From Acidobacteria bacterium RIFCSPLOWO2_02_FULL_67_21 (GTDB lineage: Bacteria > Acidobacteriota > Vicinamibacteria > Vicinamibacterales > UBA2999), in the NCBI GenBank assembly GCA_001767195.1, contig MEKU01000080.1, forward strand, positions 20,566-67,084: 46,519 nt of DNA, read 5' to 3'. The position numbers and the translations under genes are program-made. This document shows positions 34,598-44,405 of this stretch, in pieces. The stretch's first letter is position 1, and every line of letters starts with the position of its first letter. The notes under the pieces were generated by a model. The model saw only the letters and a list, made by a program, of their open reading frames with translations. It was not told where the DNA came from and ran no database searches.

Positions 34598-36256
34598 ATG
34601 CTCCGGAGGCCGGGCCGTGGAAGCCCGTGGCTCGCCGCCTCCGGCATCGTCGCTCTCCTCGTTATCGCCCCCATCGCGGCTCTCGCGCTCACGGCATCGC
34701 GGGGGTCGGCCGATCTCTGGCAGCACCTGATCGCCTATGTCCTGCCGGTGGCCGTGCGCGACACCTTCGTCCTGCTCCTCGGCGTCGGGCTGCTGACGGC
34801 GGCTGTCGGCACGACGATGGCCTGGCTGGTCACCGCGTACGATTTTCCCGGGCGCCGCGTCATCGACTGGGCGCTGTTGCTGCCGCTGGCGGTGCCGACC
34901 TACGTGGTCGCGTACGCCTATCTCGATATCCTGCATCCCGTCGGCCCGGTGCAGACCGCGTTGCGCGCGCTGCTCGGCATCGACGACCCGCGCGATTTCC
35001 GGCTGCCGGATATCCGATCCATGGCCGGCTGCGTCGTGCTGCTCGGGTTCGTGCTGTATCCGTATGTCTATCTGACGACCCGAGCCATGTTTCTGATGCA
35101 GACGGCGAATCTGGTTGAGGTGGCGCGCACGCTGGGCATCAGCCGGCGCGGGGTGTTTCTGCGTGTCGCGTTCCCGCTGGCGAGACCCGCGGTGGCCGTG
35201 GGCCTCAGTCTTGTCCTGCTCGAGACGGTCAACGACATCGGCGCGTCGGAATTCCTCGGCATCCGCACGTTGACCGTGTCCATCTATGCGACCTGGATCA
35301 CGCGGTCGGATCTGGCGGGCGCCGCGCAGATGGCGCTGGCCATGCTCGCTGTGGCGCTTGGAGTCGTGCTTCTGGAGCGGTGGGCCCGGCGGCAGCGCCA
35401 GTATGCCAACGATGCGCAGCATGCCCGCCCGCTCGAACCACAGCGGCTTGCGGGCTGGCGCGCGGGCGCGGCGCTGGTCGCCGCCATCACCCCGGTCGCG
35501 ATCGGATTTGCGATTCCTGCGGCGTATCTGGTCGACGAGGCGCTCGCCCGCGTGCGTTTCGCAGGGGTGTCTCGAGTCATCCTGTCGGAGACAAGCGCGA
35601 CCATTGGGCTTTCACTCGTGGCGACGGCGCTGACCGTGCTGGCGGGCCTCGGCGTCGCGTACGCCGTACGGGCGACGGGCCGCGCGGCCGCAGGCGTGCT
35701 CGCGCGCATCGCATCGCTCGGCTATGCCATCCCGGGCACGGTGCTGGCGATCGGGCTGCTTCCGGTCGTCACCGGCATCGAGGCCTTCGTCGATAGCGGT
35801 GCTCGCGCGGTACTTGGGGTGTCCACCGGCCTGCTGCTGCTCGGCAGCGGCGCCGCACTCATCTATGCGTACGTCGTCAGATTCCTGGCGCTCGCCGTTG
35901 GCGGCGTCGAGGCCGGCCTCAGCCGCGTCCCGGCATCCCTGGACGAGGCGGCTCGCACGTTGGGGGAGTCGGCAGGCGGCCGCCTGCGGCGTATCCACCT
36001 GCCGCTCGTGCGCCCGGCTCTCGCGACGGCAGCGCTGCTGGTGTTTGTCGACTGCATGAAGGAGCTGCCGGCGACGCTGCTCCTCCGGCCGCTCGGCCTC
36101 GAGACGCTGGCGACACACTTGTACGGGGAAGCGGTGCGCGGCACGTACGAGGACGCTGCGATTGCCGCACTGTTGATTGTGGCGGCTGGGCTCGTTCCAG
36201 TGGTCATCCTCGCGCGTGTCAGTCGCGCGCGCATCCACGCAGGTCCCCTCTTGTAG
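34598..36256 (+). CDS. Fe3+ ABC transporter permease (FbpB-like)
   Basis: LLLPLAVPTYVVAYAY, two EAA loops (EVARTLG, EAARTLG), KELPATLLLRP. Confidence 0.92.
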   Translation: MLRRPGRGSPWLAASGIVALLVIAPIAALALTASRGSADLWQHLIAYVLPVAVRDTFVLLLGVGLLTAAVGTTMAWLVTAYDFPGRRVIDWALLLPLAVPTYVVAYAYLDILHPVGPVQTALRALLGIDDPRDFRLPDIRSMAGCVVLLGFVLYPYVYLTTRAMFLMQTANLVEVARTLGISRRGVFLRVAFPLARPAVAVGLSLVLLETVNDIGASEFLGIRTLTVSIYATWITRSDLAGAAQMALAMLAVALGVVLLERWARRQRQYANDAQHARPLEPQRLAGWRAGAALVAAITPVAIGFAIPAAYLVDEALARVRFAGVSRVILSETSATIGLSLVATALTVLAGLGVAYAVRATGRAAAGVLARIASLGYAIPGTVLAIGLLPVVTGIEAFVDSGARAVLGVSTGLLLLGSGAALIYAYVVRFLALAVGGVEAGLSRVPASLDEAARTLGESAGGRLRRIHLPLVRPALATAALLVFVDCMKELPATLLLRPLGLETLATHLYGEAVRGTYEDAAIAALLIVAAGLVPVVILARVSRARIHAGPLL

Positions 36257-36325
36257 GGGTCGCCACGCGACGGGGTTTGCCGATGTGCTTCCGGCAGAGC
36301 CGCTAAATCGACATAAGATCGCGAT

Positions 36326-37639
36326 GTGTCCGACCTCGAGTTGCCCTTTGCGAAAAAGACACTCCACAACGGCCTGGATGTCATCGTTCATGAGGACCAT
36401 CACGTCCCGGTCGTGGCCGTAAACATCTGGTACCACGTCGGTTCCAAGGATGAACGGCCCGGGCGTACTGGATTTGCGCATCTCTTCGAGCACCTGATGT
36501 TCGAGGGCTCCGAGCATCACAACTCGGGGTACTTCCCGCCACTTCAGCAGGCCGGAGCCCTTCTGAACGGATCCACGAACACCGACCGGACCAATTACTG
36601 GGAGGTCGTGCCGACGAGCGCGCTCGACCTGGCGCTCTGGATGGAGTCGGACCGCATGGGGTACCTCCTGCCTGCCCTCACCCCCGACCGTTTCGAGACG
36701 CAGCGGGACGTCGTGCTCAACGAGCGGAGGCAGAACTACGAGAATCGCCCGTATGGGTTCGCACTCATGGCGATCGTCGCAGCGCTGTTCCCGCCCGATC
36801 ACCCGTACCACTGGCTCACGATCGGTGCGGCCGAAGACCTCCGCTCGATGCGCCTGGACGAGGTGCAGGAGTTCTTTCGAACCTACTACCACCCCGGGAA
36901 TGCGTCGCTGGCGCTCGCCGGTGATATTGATGCGCCGCGCGGCTTCGAGCTGGCCGAACGGTACTTCGGCGACCTGGCCGGAGGCCGTCGCCCCGAGCGC
37001 CTTCGCAGCCCGGCCGCGCTCGAACGCGAGGTGCGGCTCGTGCTCGAAGATCGCGTCCAGATGCCGCGCCTCTACATGGCGTGGCATTCGCCGGCCATGT
37101 TCGCCGAGGGCGACGCCGAGATGGATCTGCTTGCCGATCTGCTGGCAAGTGGCAAGACGTCGAGGTTGTACCGAAGACTGGTGTACGAGCAGCGCGTGGC
37201 CCTCGACGTGTCGGCCTACCAGAACTCACGGGAGCTCGCCGGGTTCTTTCTGCTCGCCGCCACGGTGGCGCCCGGGATCTCCCTGACCGAGATTGCCGCC
37301 ACGATTGATGCCGAGCTTCAGCAACTGGCGGACGCCGGCCCCACTGCGAGCGAGATGGAGCGCGCCCGCGCGCAGACCGAGGCGCACTTCATGTACCGCA
37401 TTCAGACGGTGGGAGGGTTCGGCGGCAAGTCCGACCAGCTGAACGCGTACAACGTGTTTCGCGGCGATCCCGGGTTCTTCCAGACAGACCTGTCACGGTA
37501 CCGGGATGCGACAGGTCCCGCCGTGCGTGCGGCGGCGCGCCGCTGCCTGCCGTTCGATCGCCGTGTGGTGCTGAGCGTGGTGCCTGCCGGACAGCACGCG
37601 GCGGCCCTTGCCGGGTCGGTGCCGGTCTCCGTCTCATGA
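36326..37639 (+). CDS. M16 zinc peptidase, catalytic subunit
   Basis: GFAHLFEHLMF (HxxEH), NGST, LWMESDRM, NERRQ. Confidence 0.94.
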   Translation: MSDLELPFAKKTLHNGLDVIVHEDHHVPVVAVNIWYHVGSKDERPGRTGFAHLFEHLMFEGSEHHNSGYFPPLQQAGALLNGSTNTDRTNYWEVVPTSALDLALWMESDRMGYLLPALTPDRFETQRDVVLNERRQNYENRPYGFALMAIVAALFPPDHPYHWLTIGAAEDLRSMRLDEVQEFFRTYYHPGNASLALAGDIDAPRGFELAERYFGDLAGGRRPERLRSPAALEREVRLVLEDRVQMPRLYMAWHSPAMFAEGDAEMDLLADLLASGKTSRLYRRLVYEQRVALDVSAYQNSRELAGFFLLAATVAPGISLTEIAATIDAELQQLADAGPTASEMERARAQTEAHFMYRIQTVGGFGGKSDQLNAYNVFRGDPGFFQTDLSRYRDATGPAVRAAARRCLPFDRRVVLSVVPAGQHAAALAGSVPVSVS

Positions 37640-39006
37640 TGCGCGTCGATCGCTCGCGGCTTCCCGAGGTCGGCCTAGACCCGATCTTCCGGTTTCCCCG
37701 GATTGCCCGTCACACGCTGGAAAACGGGCTCGATGTCCGCACGGTCGAGCACCGGACCGTCCCGGTGTCCACCTTCGTCCTCACGGTCGCTGGAGGGCTT
37801 GGAGCCGATGCTCCCGGCCAGGAAGGGCTTGCCGCCGTCACGGCCGACATGGTCGACGAGGGGACGGGCGAGTCGGATGCCATCGAAGTCTCCGAGGCCC
37901 TCGCCAGGATTGGTGCCGATTACGATGTCGACGTCGGGGCGGATGCCACGCTCTTCACCATCACGACGCTGTCGCGGTTTGCCGAGCAGGGCGCACGCCT
38001 GCTTTCGGCCATCCTCACGCAACCGAGTCTCCGCCAGGCCGATTTCGACCGTGTCCGGCAGCTGAGGCTCGACCGCCTGCGGCAGCTCAACGATCTGCCG
38101 CCTGCGGTCGCCGAGCGGGCGTTCCTTCGCCTCCTCTATCCAGAACACCCGTATGGGCACCTCGCGATCGGGACGTCCACGTCGCTGCGCTCGCTGGCGC
38201 TGGACGACGTGACGCGATTCCACGCCGGGACGTTTCAGCCGGATCGCTCGACCCTCGTCGTTGCGGGACCCGGCTCCCACGACGAGCTCCGGCAGCTCGC
38301 CGAAGCCACATTTGGGGGATGGTCGGCCAGCCGCGCCGTCGCCCCGGCCGCGGCATCCGACGTGGAGCCGGCCGTCTCGCTGCAGCGCCTGGCTATCGTG
38401 CCTCGGGAAGGCGCCGCGCAGTCCGAGCTGCGGATCGGCCACCTGTCGGCGCGCCGCAGCACGCCCGACTACGCGGCGCTGCTGGTGATGAATGCGGTCC
38501 TCGGAGGCCAGTTCGTCAGCCGTGTCAACCTGCGGCTTCGCGAGGAAAAGGGCTACACCTACGGTGCGCGGACAGGATTCGACTGGCGCAGGGGCCTGTC
38601 GCCCTTTTCGCTTCAGGCGAGCGTCCACACGGCCTCGACCGCGGATGCCGTCCGTGACACGCTCGCGGAGTTCGACGCGATCGGAAGGTCGCGGCCGCCT
38701 TCGGACTCGGAGCTGGCGCTTGCCAAAGCGTCGCTGACGCGCGGCTATCCGCGCAACTTCGAAACCGTGCAGCAGGTGGCCCGCGCCGCGGCGCAGCTCG
38801 CTCTCTACGACCTGCCCGACACCTACTTCGAGGCGTTCATCCCCCGCATCAACGCCGTCGGAACCGACGACGTGGTCAGTGTGGCGGCACGATATGTCGA
38901 CGCCGCCCGGGCGACGACCTTGATCGTCGGCGACCATGCCGCAATCGGCGAGTCGCTCGCATCGCTCGGGCTCGGAGAGCTCCAGGTGTTGCCGGCGGAG
39001 TCCTAG
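37636..39006 (+). CDS. M16 peptidase, non-catalytic subunit
   Basis: No HxxEH; LGGQFVSRVNLRLREEKGYTYG (R/Y motif); ATGA coupling to the previous gene. Confidence 0.9.
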   Translation: MMRVDRSRLPEVGLDPIFRFPRIARHTLENGLDVRTVEHRTVPVSTFVLTVAGGLGADAPGQEGLAAVTADMVDEGTGESDAIEVSEALARIGADYDVDVGADATLFTITTLSRFAEQGARLLSAILTQPSLRQADFDRVRQLRLDRLRQLNDLPPAVAERAFLRLLYPEHPYGHLAIGTSTSLRSLALDDVTRFHAGTFQPDRSTLVVAGPGSHDELRQLAEATFGGWSASRAVAPAAASDVEPAVSLQRLAIVPREGAAQSELRIGHLSARRSTPDYAALLVMNAVLGGQFVSRVNLRLREEKGYTYGARTGFDWRRGLSPFSLQASVHTASTADAVRDTLAEFDAIGRSRPPSDSELALAKASLTRGYPRNFETVQQVARAAAQLALYDLPDTYFEAFIPRINAVGTDDVVSVAARYVDAARATTLIVGDHAAIGESLASLGLGELQVLPAES

Positions 39007-40037
39007 AGGCTCTTCAACAGAAACCGTGTCAGCACGTAGCCGTCCAGATACTTGAACGGCGCCGACCCTGTCGAGTAGTGGCCGCAGGGCAGCACGCGCA
39101 CGTCGTGCGGCAGCCCGCGATGTGCGAACTCGCGGGCGATCTCCTGCGAGAGGTCCACAGGGAACGTCAGGTCATAGCGGGCATAGACCAGCAGCGTCCG
39201 GGCGTGCCCCACGCGATCGAAATACGCAGAGGGGCTGATCGGACGCCACAGCCGGCGAAGCAGGTCCAGGTCGATGTGCCCCTCCAGCCCCTGCCGGACG
39301 TGGCGGGTTGAGAGGCCCCGCCACACGACGTCGGCGAAGCGCGGGGAGACGTGGTTGAGCGCCTGCGCTCGCACCAGTGGCTCGTGTGCCGTGGTCAGCA
39401 TCGCGAGGCACGAGCCGAGGCTCGTGCCGAGAATGCCGATGCGCTCATATCCCTGGCCAGCCAGCCAGGCAATCGCGCGCCGGGCGTCGAGCACCGCCTG
39501 CCGGCACACCTGCACCGTCCGGGCGATGTTCGCGCTCACGATGTAGTCGGCGCGGGTGAGCTCGGGCGGCATGCGGACGTCGTGGTAGGGGAGGCTGAGC
39601 CGCAGGGCCGAGATGCCGAACCGCGCCAGCAGCCGCGCGAGGCCGACGTGGCCCTCCGCATCCGAGTTCCACTGCGGCAGCACGAGCACCGCGCGGCCGC
39701 GAGAGCCGGCCGGAAACCAGCGGGCGGACACGATGTTGTTGGTCTCGTGCGGGGTCGTCAGCACGCTTGGAAACCGCAGCGTGCCCGCCTCGCCGAGGCG
39801 CCGGCGCTCGTCCCCGGCCTCTTCGAACTGGTACTCGGCTGTCGGCGGCGCATCGAAGAAGTGAGCCGTGTCTCCCATCGCCTCTCCAATCCAGTGCTGG
39901 AGGCGCTCGGCGGGCGTCTGGCTCATGTGTCCGTTCTGCGGAATCCAGTCGAGTCCCCAGTCGAATGGCCGGACGATGCGGTCGGTGCTGATCGAGGCAA
40001 GCCGCCGTTCCCACGCGTGGAACAAGGGCGCGATCAT
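39003..40037 (-). CDS. Alpha/beta hydrolase
   Basis: GTSLG nucleophile elbow, RYDLTF, PCGHY; start MIAPLFHAWE at 40037. Confidence 0.85.
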   Translation of the reverse strand: MIAPLFHAWERRLASISTDRIVRPFDWGLDWIPQNGHMSQTPAERLQHWIGEAMGDTAHFFDAPPTAEYQFEEAGDERRRLGEAGTLRFPSVLTTPHETNNIVSARWFPAGSRGRAVLVLPQWNSDAEGHVGLARLLARFGISALRLSLPYHDVRMPPELTRADYIVSANIARTVQVCRQAVLDARRAIAWLAGQGYERIGILGTSLGSCLAMLTTAHEPLVRAQALNHVSPRFADVVWRGLSTRHVRQGLEGHIDLDLLRRLWRPISPSAYFDRVGHARTLLVYARYDLTFPVDLSQEIAREFAHRGLPHDVRVLPCGHYSTGSAPFKYLDGYVLTRFLLKSL

Positions 40038-40092
40038 CGGCTCATCCTGATGGCGGCCCGAGGGCCGTCGCCGTGCCCGATCGTCCCGAGCC

Positions 40093-41445
40093 TCAACGGG
40101 ATGCCCCCGGGCCCAGGTAGCCTTCGACGGCCCGCGCGAGGTCGAGCAGCGCGGCCGTTTCGCCGAGGCGGCCAACAAGCTGCGCCCCAATCGGCAGCCC
40201 TTCCGGAGACATTCCGCAGGGGATCGTGATTGCGGGATGCCCGGTGAGGTTGAACAGCTGGGTCAGACGCAGCATCGCGCCGCGCACGGGTTCCTCAGTC
40301 CCGCCCACACGCACCGTTTCCACGCCGAGCCGCGGCGCCAGGATTGGCAGGGTCGGCAGGAGCAGCGCGTCACACCCGGTCAGCGCGGAATCCACCTCCG
40401 TCCTCAGGACCTCGCGCCCGTGGAGCGCGCGCATGTAGTCCTCGGCCAGGATGTAGCGGCCCATTTCGAGCCGCATCCGGACGTTCGGGGTGTAGGCGTC
40501 CGCCGCGCGCTCGAGCGTGGGCGCGTGGTACGCTGCCGCCTCGACCAGCACGATATGCAGGTAGACGGGAGCGATGTCGCCGGCGTGCGGGATGATGGCG
40601 TCACACAGCTCGACGCCGGCCTCGCGCAGCCGGGTGCACGCCTGCGCGAAGGCCGAGGCCACCGCCGGGTCGAGCAGTGCCGTGAAGTCGTCGTGCAGCC
40701 GTGCGAGCTTCAGGGGCCGGCTGGCGGGCGATCTGGCGGCCGAACCGGCGCCGCCCAGCGCCGCGTGCAGGATCTGCGCATCCTCGACGGAGCGGCAGAT
40801 CGGCCCCACGTGATCCATCGTGGGGCTCAGAGGCACGACCCCGCCGGTCGGGATCTCGCCGAGTGTCGGCTTGAGGCCGACGAGCCCGCATGCCGCTGAC
40901 GGAATACGGATCGACCCGCCGGTATCGGTGCCGATTGCCGCATACGCCATTCCAGATGCCACGGCGGCCGCCGAGCCGCCTGACGAGCCGCCGGGCGATC
41001 GATTGGCGTCGAGCGGGTGCCGCGCGGCGCCAAAGGCCGAATCCTCGTTCGTGGTCCCGAAGGCGAATTCGTGGAGGTTGTTCTTGCCGATCAGCACTGC
41101 ACCGGCTGCCTTGAGCCGCGAGACGACCGGCGCGTCCGCCGCCGCGATGTGTCCCTCTCGCACGCGGGAGGCGGCGGTCGTCGCGACGCCGCGCAGGTCG
41201 ATGATGTCCTTGAGTGAAACGGGGACGCCGTGCAGGGGGCCGCGATACCTGCCGGCCGCGATCTCGGCGTCTGCCTGCCGCGCCTGCGCGCGTGCCTCGT
41301 CCGCCAGGACGGTGATGAACGCGTTCAGCGACGCGTTACGCGCCGCGATGGTGCTCAGGCACCGTTCGGTCGTCTCGGCGGCCGTGACGGCGCCAGACCT
41401 GAGCGCGTGCGCCAGCTCGGCGAGTGTCCGGGGCTCAGCGTCCAT
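40093..41445 (-). CDS. Amidase-signature family enzyme (GatA/AtzE-like)
   Basis: PLHGVPVSLKD, GGSSGGSAAA, GTDTGGSIRIP; start MDAEP at 41445. Confidence 0.93.
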   Translation of the reverse strand: MDAEPRTLAELAHALRSGAVTAAETTERCLSTIAARNASLNAFITVLADEARAQARQADAEIAAGRYRGPLHGVPVSLKDIIDLRGVATTAASRVREGHIAAADAPVVSRLKAAGAVLIGKNNLHEFAFGTTNEDSAFGAARHPLDANRSPGGSSGGSAAAVASGMAYAAIGTDTGGSIRIPSAACGLVGLKPTLGEIPTGGVVPLSPTMDHVGPICRSVEDAQILHAALGGAGSAARSPASRPLKLARLHDDFTALLDPAVASAFAQACTRLREAGVELCDAIIPHAGDIAPVYLHIVLVEAAAYHAPTLERAADAYTPNVRMRLEMGRYILAEDYMRALHGREVLRTEVDSALTGCDALLLPTLPILAPRLGVETVRVGGTEEPVRGAMLRLTQLFNLTGHPAITIPCGMSPEGLPIGAQLVGRLGETAALLDLARAVEGYLGPGASR

Positions 41446-41608
41446 CCGGCCTGTGCGGTTCGAGCTGGCCGCTGGCGTCGGCATTCCAGTCGGCCATTCT
41501 GAGCGCCGACGTCGCGCGCGCCAGCGTCTCGAGCAGCGGGCGCAGGGCGGGGAGCCCGCGGCGCTCCGCGTCCTGAACGGCATTCTCCAGCCAGAGCGTG
41601 ATCGTCAT
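41435..41608 (-). CDS. 57-aa small protein overlapping the amidase start (missing from the ORF track)
   Basis: Hand translation MTITLWLENAVQDAERRGLPALRPLLETLARATSALRMADWNADASGQLEPHRPDGR*; host-like codons; fills the gap between pyk and the amidase. Confidence 0.72.
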   Translation of the reverse strand: MTITLWLENAVQDAERRGLPALRPLLETLARATSALRMADWNADASGQLEPHRPDGR

Positions 41609-41628
41609 CTGCGGTAGGATCGGCCTCC

Positions 41629-43044
41629 GTGCGGCGCACCAAGATCATAGCGACAATCGGTCCGGCGTCGAGCGCCGAGCCGACGCTTGACGAGCTCGTC
41701 ACCGCTGGTGTTGATGTCTTTCGCCTCAACTTCTCGCACGGCACACACGAAAGCCATCGGGACGCGGCGCAGCGAATCAGGGCGGCCGCCGCGCGTCAGG
41801 GACGGCCGGTGGCCATCCTGCAGGATCTCGCCGGTCCGAAGATCCGCACAGGCCGCCTGCGAGGCGGTGCGCCCATCGATCTCCGTCAGGGCGATGCGCT
41901 GCGGATCGCGGTCGGCGATGAGCTCGGCGGGCCCGGGCGCGTGTCGACCTCGTACGCGGACCTCCCGCGCGTGGTGCGGCCTGGCGATGCGCTCCTGCTC
42001 GACGATGGCCGGATCCAGTTGAGGGTCGAGCACGTCGGCGACGACGAGATCGGAACGGTGGTCGTCGACGGCGGCCCTCTCGGCGAGCACAAGGGGATCA
42101 ATGCGCCAGGTGTGAGCTTTCCGTCGCACGGCATGAGCGAGAAGGACGCCGTCGACCTCGCCTTCGGCGCAGGCATCGGTGTCGATTTCGTCGCGCTCAG
42201 CTTTGTTCAGTCCGGCGCGGATCTGCGGCAGGCACGGGAACGGCTGCGCGGCATCGGCGCGCCCGACGTGCCGCTCGTCGCCAAGCTCGAACGTCCCGAA
42301 GCCATCGCCCGGCTCGACGAGATCCTGCAGGAGTCGGACGCCGTGATGGTAGCGCGCGGCGATCTCGGGCTGGAGCTTCCGCTCGAGCGTGTTCCCCGCA
42401 TTCAGCGGGAAGCGACGCGCGGGGCGCGGACGGCGGGCATTCCGGTGATCGTGGCGACGCAGGTGCTCGAATCGATGCGTACGGAGCCGCGCCCGACACG
42501 CGCCGAAGTCAGTGATGCCGCAACCGCGGTGGACGAGGGCGTGGACGCCATCATGCTGGCGGGGGAGACCGCCGTGGGGCTGTATCCCGTCCGGACGGTT
42601 CAGACGCTCGACCTCATCATTCGGGAGGCCGAGGCGATGCCGCCGGCCGCGGGCGTCGCGCCGCACGGCTCACGGCTGCTGGCCGGCCACGGCCGCGCGA
42701 TCTGCGAGGCGGCTGTGACGCTGTCGGCGCGGGGCGACGCCATCGCCATCGTGGCAATCACCCGTGGCGGCAAGACGGCCCGGATGCTTGCAGCGCTCCG
42801 GCCGCCGGTCCCGGTGTTTGCCGCCACCGACAGTCAGGAGATGGCGCGCCGCCTGGCGCTGGTCTGGGGCGTCGTGCCTGTCGTCGCCGATCTCGCCGGC
42901 GACGTCACCGAAGCTGCAGGCCGCATCGGGGCCATGCTGGTGGAGCGCGGATCGATCCCGAGGGGATCGGCGGTGGTCCTGGTCAGCATCACGCCCGACC
43001 TCGCGGCCGGGCCGTCGAACTTCCTGAAGCTCCAGCGGGTGTGA
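41629..43044 (+). CDS. pyk: Pyruvate kinase
   Basis: RRTKIIATIGPAS, RLNFSHG, DLAGPKIR, AKLE, MVARGDLG, ATQVLESM, PTRAEVSD. Confidence 0.97.
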   Translation: MRRTKIIATIGPASSAEPTLDELVTAGVDVFRLNFSHGTHESHRDAAQRIRAAAARQGRPVAILQDLAGPKIRTGRLRGGAPIDLRQGDALRIAVGDELGGPGRVSTSYADLPRVVRPGDALLLDDGRIQLRVEHVGDDEIGTVVVDGGPLGEHKGINAPGVSFPSHGMSEKDAVDLAFGAGIGVDFVALSFVQSGADLRQARERLRGIGAPDVPLVAKLERPEAIARLDEILQESDAVMVARGDLGLELPLERVPRIQREATRGARTAGIPVIVATQVLESMRTEPRPTRAEVSDAATAVDEGVDAIMLAGETAVGLYPVRTVQTLDLIIREAEAMPPAAGVAPHGSRLLAGHGRAICEAAVTLSARGDAIAIVAITRGGKTARMLAALRPPVPVFAATDSQEMARRLALVWGVVPVVADLAGDVTEAAGRIGAMLVERGSIPRGSAVVLVSITPDLAAGPSNFLKLQRV

Positions 43045-43045
43045 G

Positions 43046-43510
43046 CTACGTCCAGCGTTCTTCCAGGTAGCTCTTCAGGGTCGTGAGCGCCAGCAGCCAG
43101 CCGTTCGACATGAAGTCGTAGTAGCGCTCCCACCGCTCGTTCGTCTCGTCGTACCCCGACTGCCGCAGGTGCAGAATCGTCGACTCGCCCTGCAGGCGGC
43201 AGCGGGCCTCCAGCGCCATCGGCCCGATCGGCTCCCCGTCTGGCGGATGCCAGTACAAGTCGGCAATGAAGAACTCGCGGCCCGGCGCAAAGTCGACGAC
43301 CGTCCCATGAAACGCGCCGCCGAGCCGGCCGAGGAGGTCGTCCCGCCATGCGGTCGGCTCCCACTCCACCGCGTAGCTGCCGAACGGCCGGGGCACGCAC
43401 ACCGATCGCGACACCTCCCACCACTCCGAGAGCGCCTCCGGATCGAAGAACGCGTCGAGCACCGCGGCCGGCGGGGCATTGATGAGCAGGCTGTGCGCGA
43501 ATTCCCGCAT
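43046..43510 (-). CDS. SRPBCC/AHSA1-like domain protein
   Basis: INAPPAAVLDAFFDPEALSEWW...LHLRQSG...GWLLALTTLKSYLE. Confidence 0.82.
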   Translation of the reverse strand: MREFAHSLLINAPPAAVLDAFFDPEALSEWWEVSRSVCVPRPFGSYAVEWEPTAWRDDLLGRLGGAFHGTVVDFAPGREFFIADLYWHPPDGEPIGPMALEARCRLQGESTILHLRQSGYDETNERWERYYDFMSNGWLLALTTLKSYLEERWT

Positions 43511-43547
43511 CTTGGCGACTCCCGCATTGTGCCCCGATAATCGCCGG

Positions 43548-44405
43548 ATGCAGCCACTTGCCTACATGGACCGCGAGTTTCTCGACAGCGATGAGGCCCG
43601 CCCGCTCCGGATCCTGGCCGAATACCTCGAGCCGCTGCGGCGCTTCAAGGCGCAGAACATCCAGGACACCGTCGTCTTCTTCGGCTCGGCCCGGATCCAC
43701 AGCCGAGAGCACGCGGAGCAGACGCTCCAGCGCCTCATGCGGCGGGTGGTCGGGAAGGACGCGGAGCCGCCGGACGAGCACCTCCTCCGCGGACGCAAGG
43801 CGCTCGAGTGGTCGCGGTATTACGAGGACGCGCGCGAGCTCGCGCGCCTGCTGACCGAATGGTCGCTCCCGCTCGCCTCGCCGCACCATCGGTTCGTGGT
43901 CACCTCCGGCGGCGGCCCCGGCATCATGGAGGCGGCCAACCGGGGCGCCATGGAGGCCGGCGGCAAGACGATCGGGCTCAACATCAGGCTGCCGTTCGAG
44001 CAGGGCGCCAACCGCTACATCACCGACGGCCTGCACTTCGAGTTCCACTACTTCTTCATGCGCAAGTTCTGGTTCGCGTATCTGGCGAAGTCGCTGGTCG
44101 TCTTTCCGGGCGGCTTTGGAACGCTTGACGAGATGTTCGAGATCCTGACGCTCATGCAGACCGAGAAGCTCGCCAAGCAGATCCAGATCATCCTGTACGG
44201 AACCGACTACTGGAACAAGGTCCTCGACCTCGAGCCGCTGCTGGATTGGGGCGCGATCTCCCCGCCGGACCTCGCGCTCCTGCAGCGGGCCGACAGCCCG
44301 CAGCAGGCGTTCGAGTTGTTGAAGGCGCACCTGACCGCGCATCATGTCGAGCCGGCCACGGAGCAGGAAACCAAGGCGCCGGGGATCGCGAAGACGCGCT
44401 CCTAG
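43548..44405 (+). CDS. LOG-family nucleotide 5'-monophosphate nucleosidase-like protein
   Basis: VFFGSAR, SGGGPGIMEAANRGA, YFFMRKFWF, PGGFGTLDE. Confidence 0.92.
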   Translation: MQPLAYMDREFLDSDEARPLRILAEYLEPLRRFKAQNIQDTVVFFGSARIHSREHAEQTLQRLMRRVVGKDAEPPDEHLLRGRKALEWSRYYEDARELARLLTEWSLPLASPHHRFVVTSGGGPGIMEAANRGAMEAGGKTIGLNIRLPFEQGANRYITDGLHFEFHYFFMRKFWFAYLAKSLVVFPGGFGTLDEMFEILTLMQTEKLAKQIQIILYGTDYWNKVLDLEPLLDWGAISPPDLALLQRADSPQQAFELLKAHLTAHHVEPATEQETKAPGIAKTRS

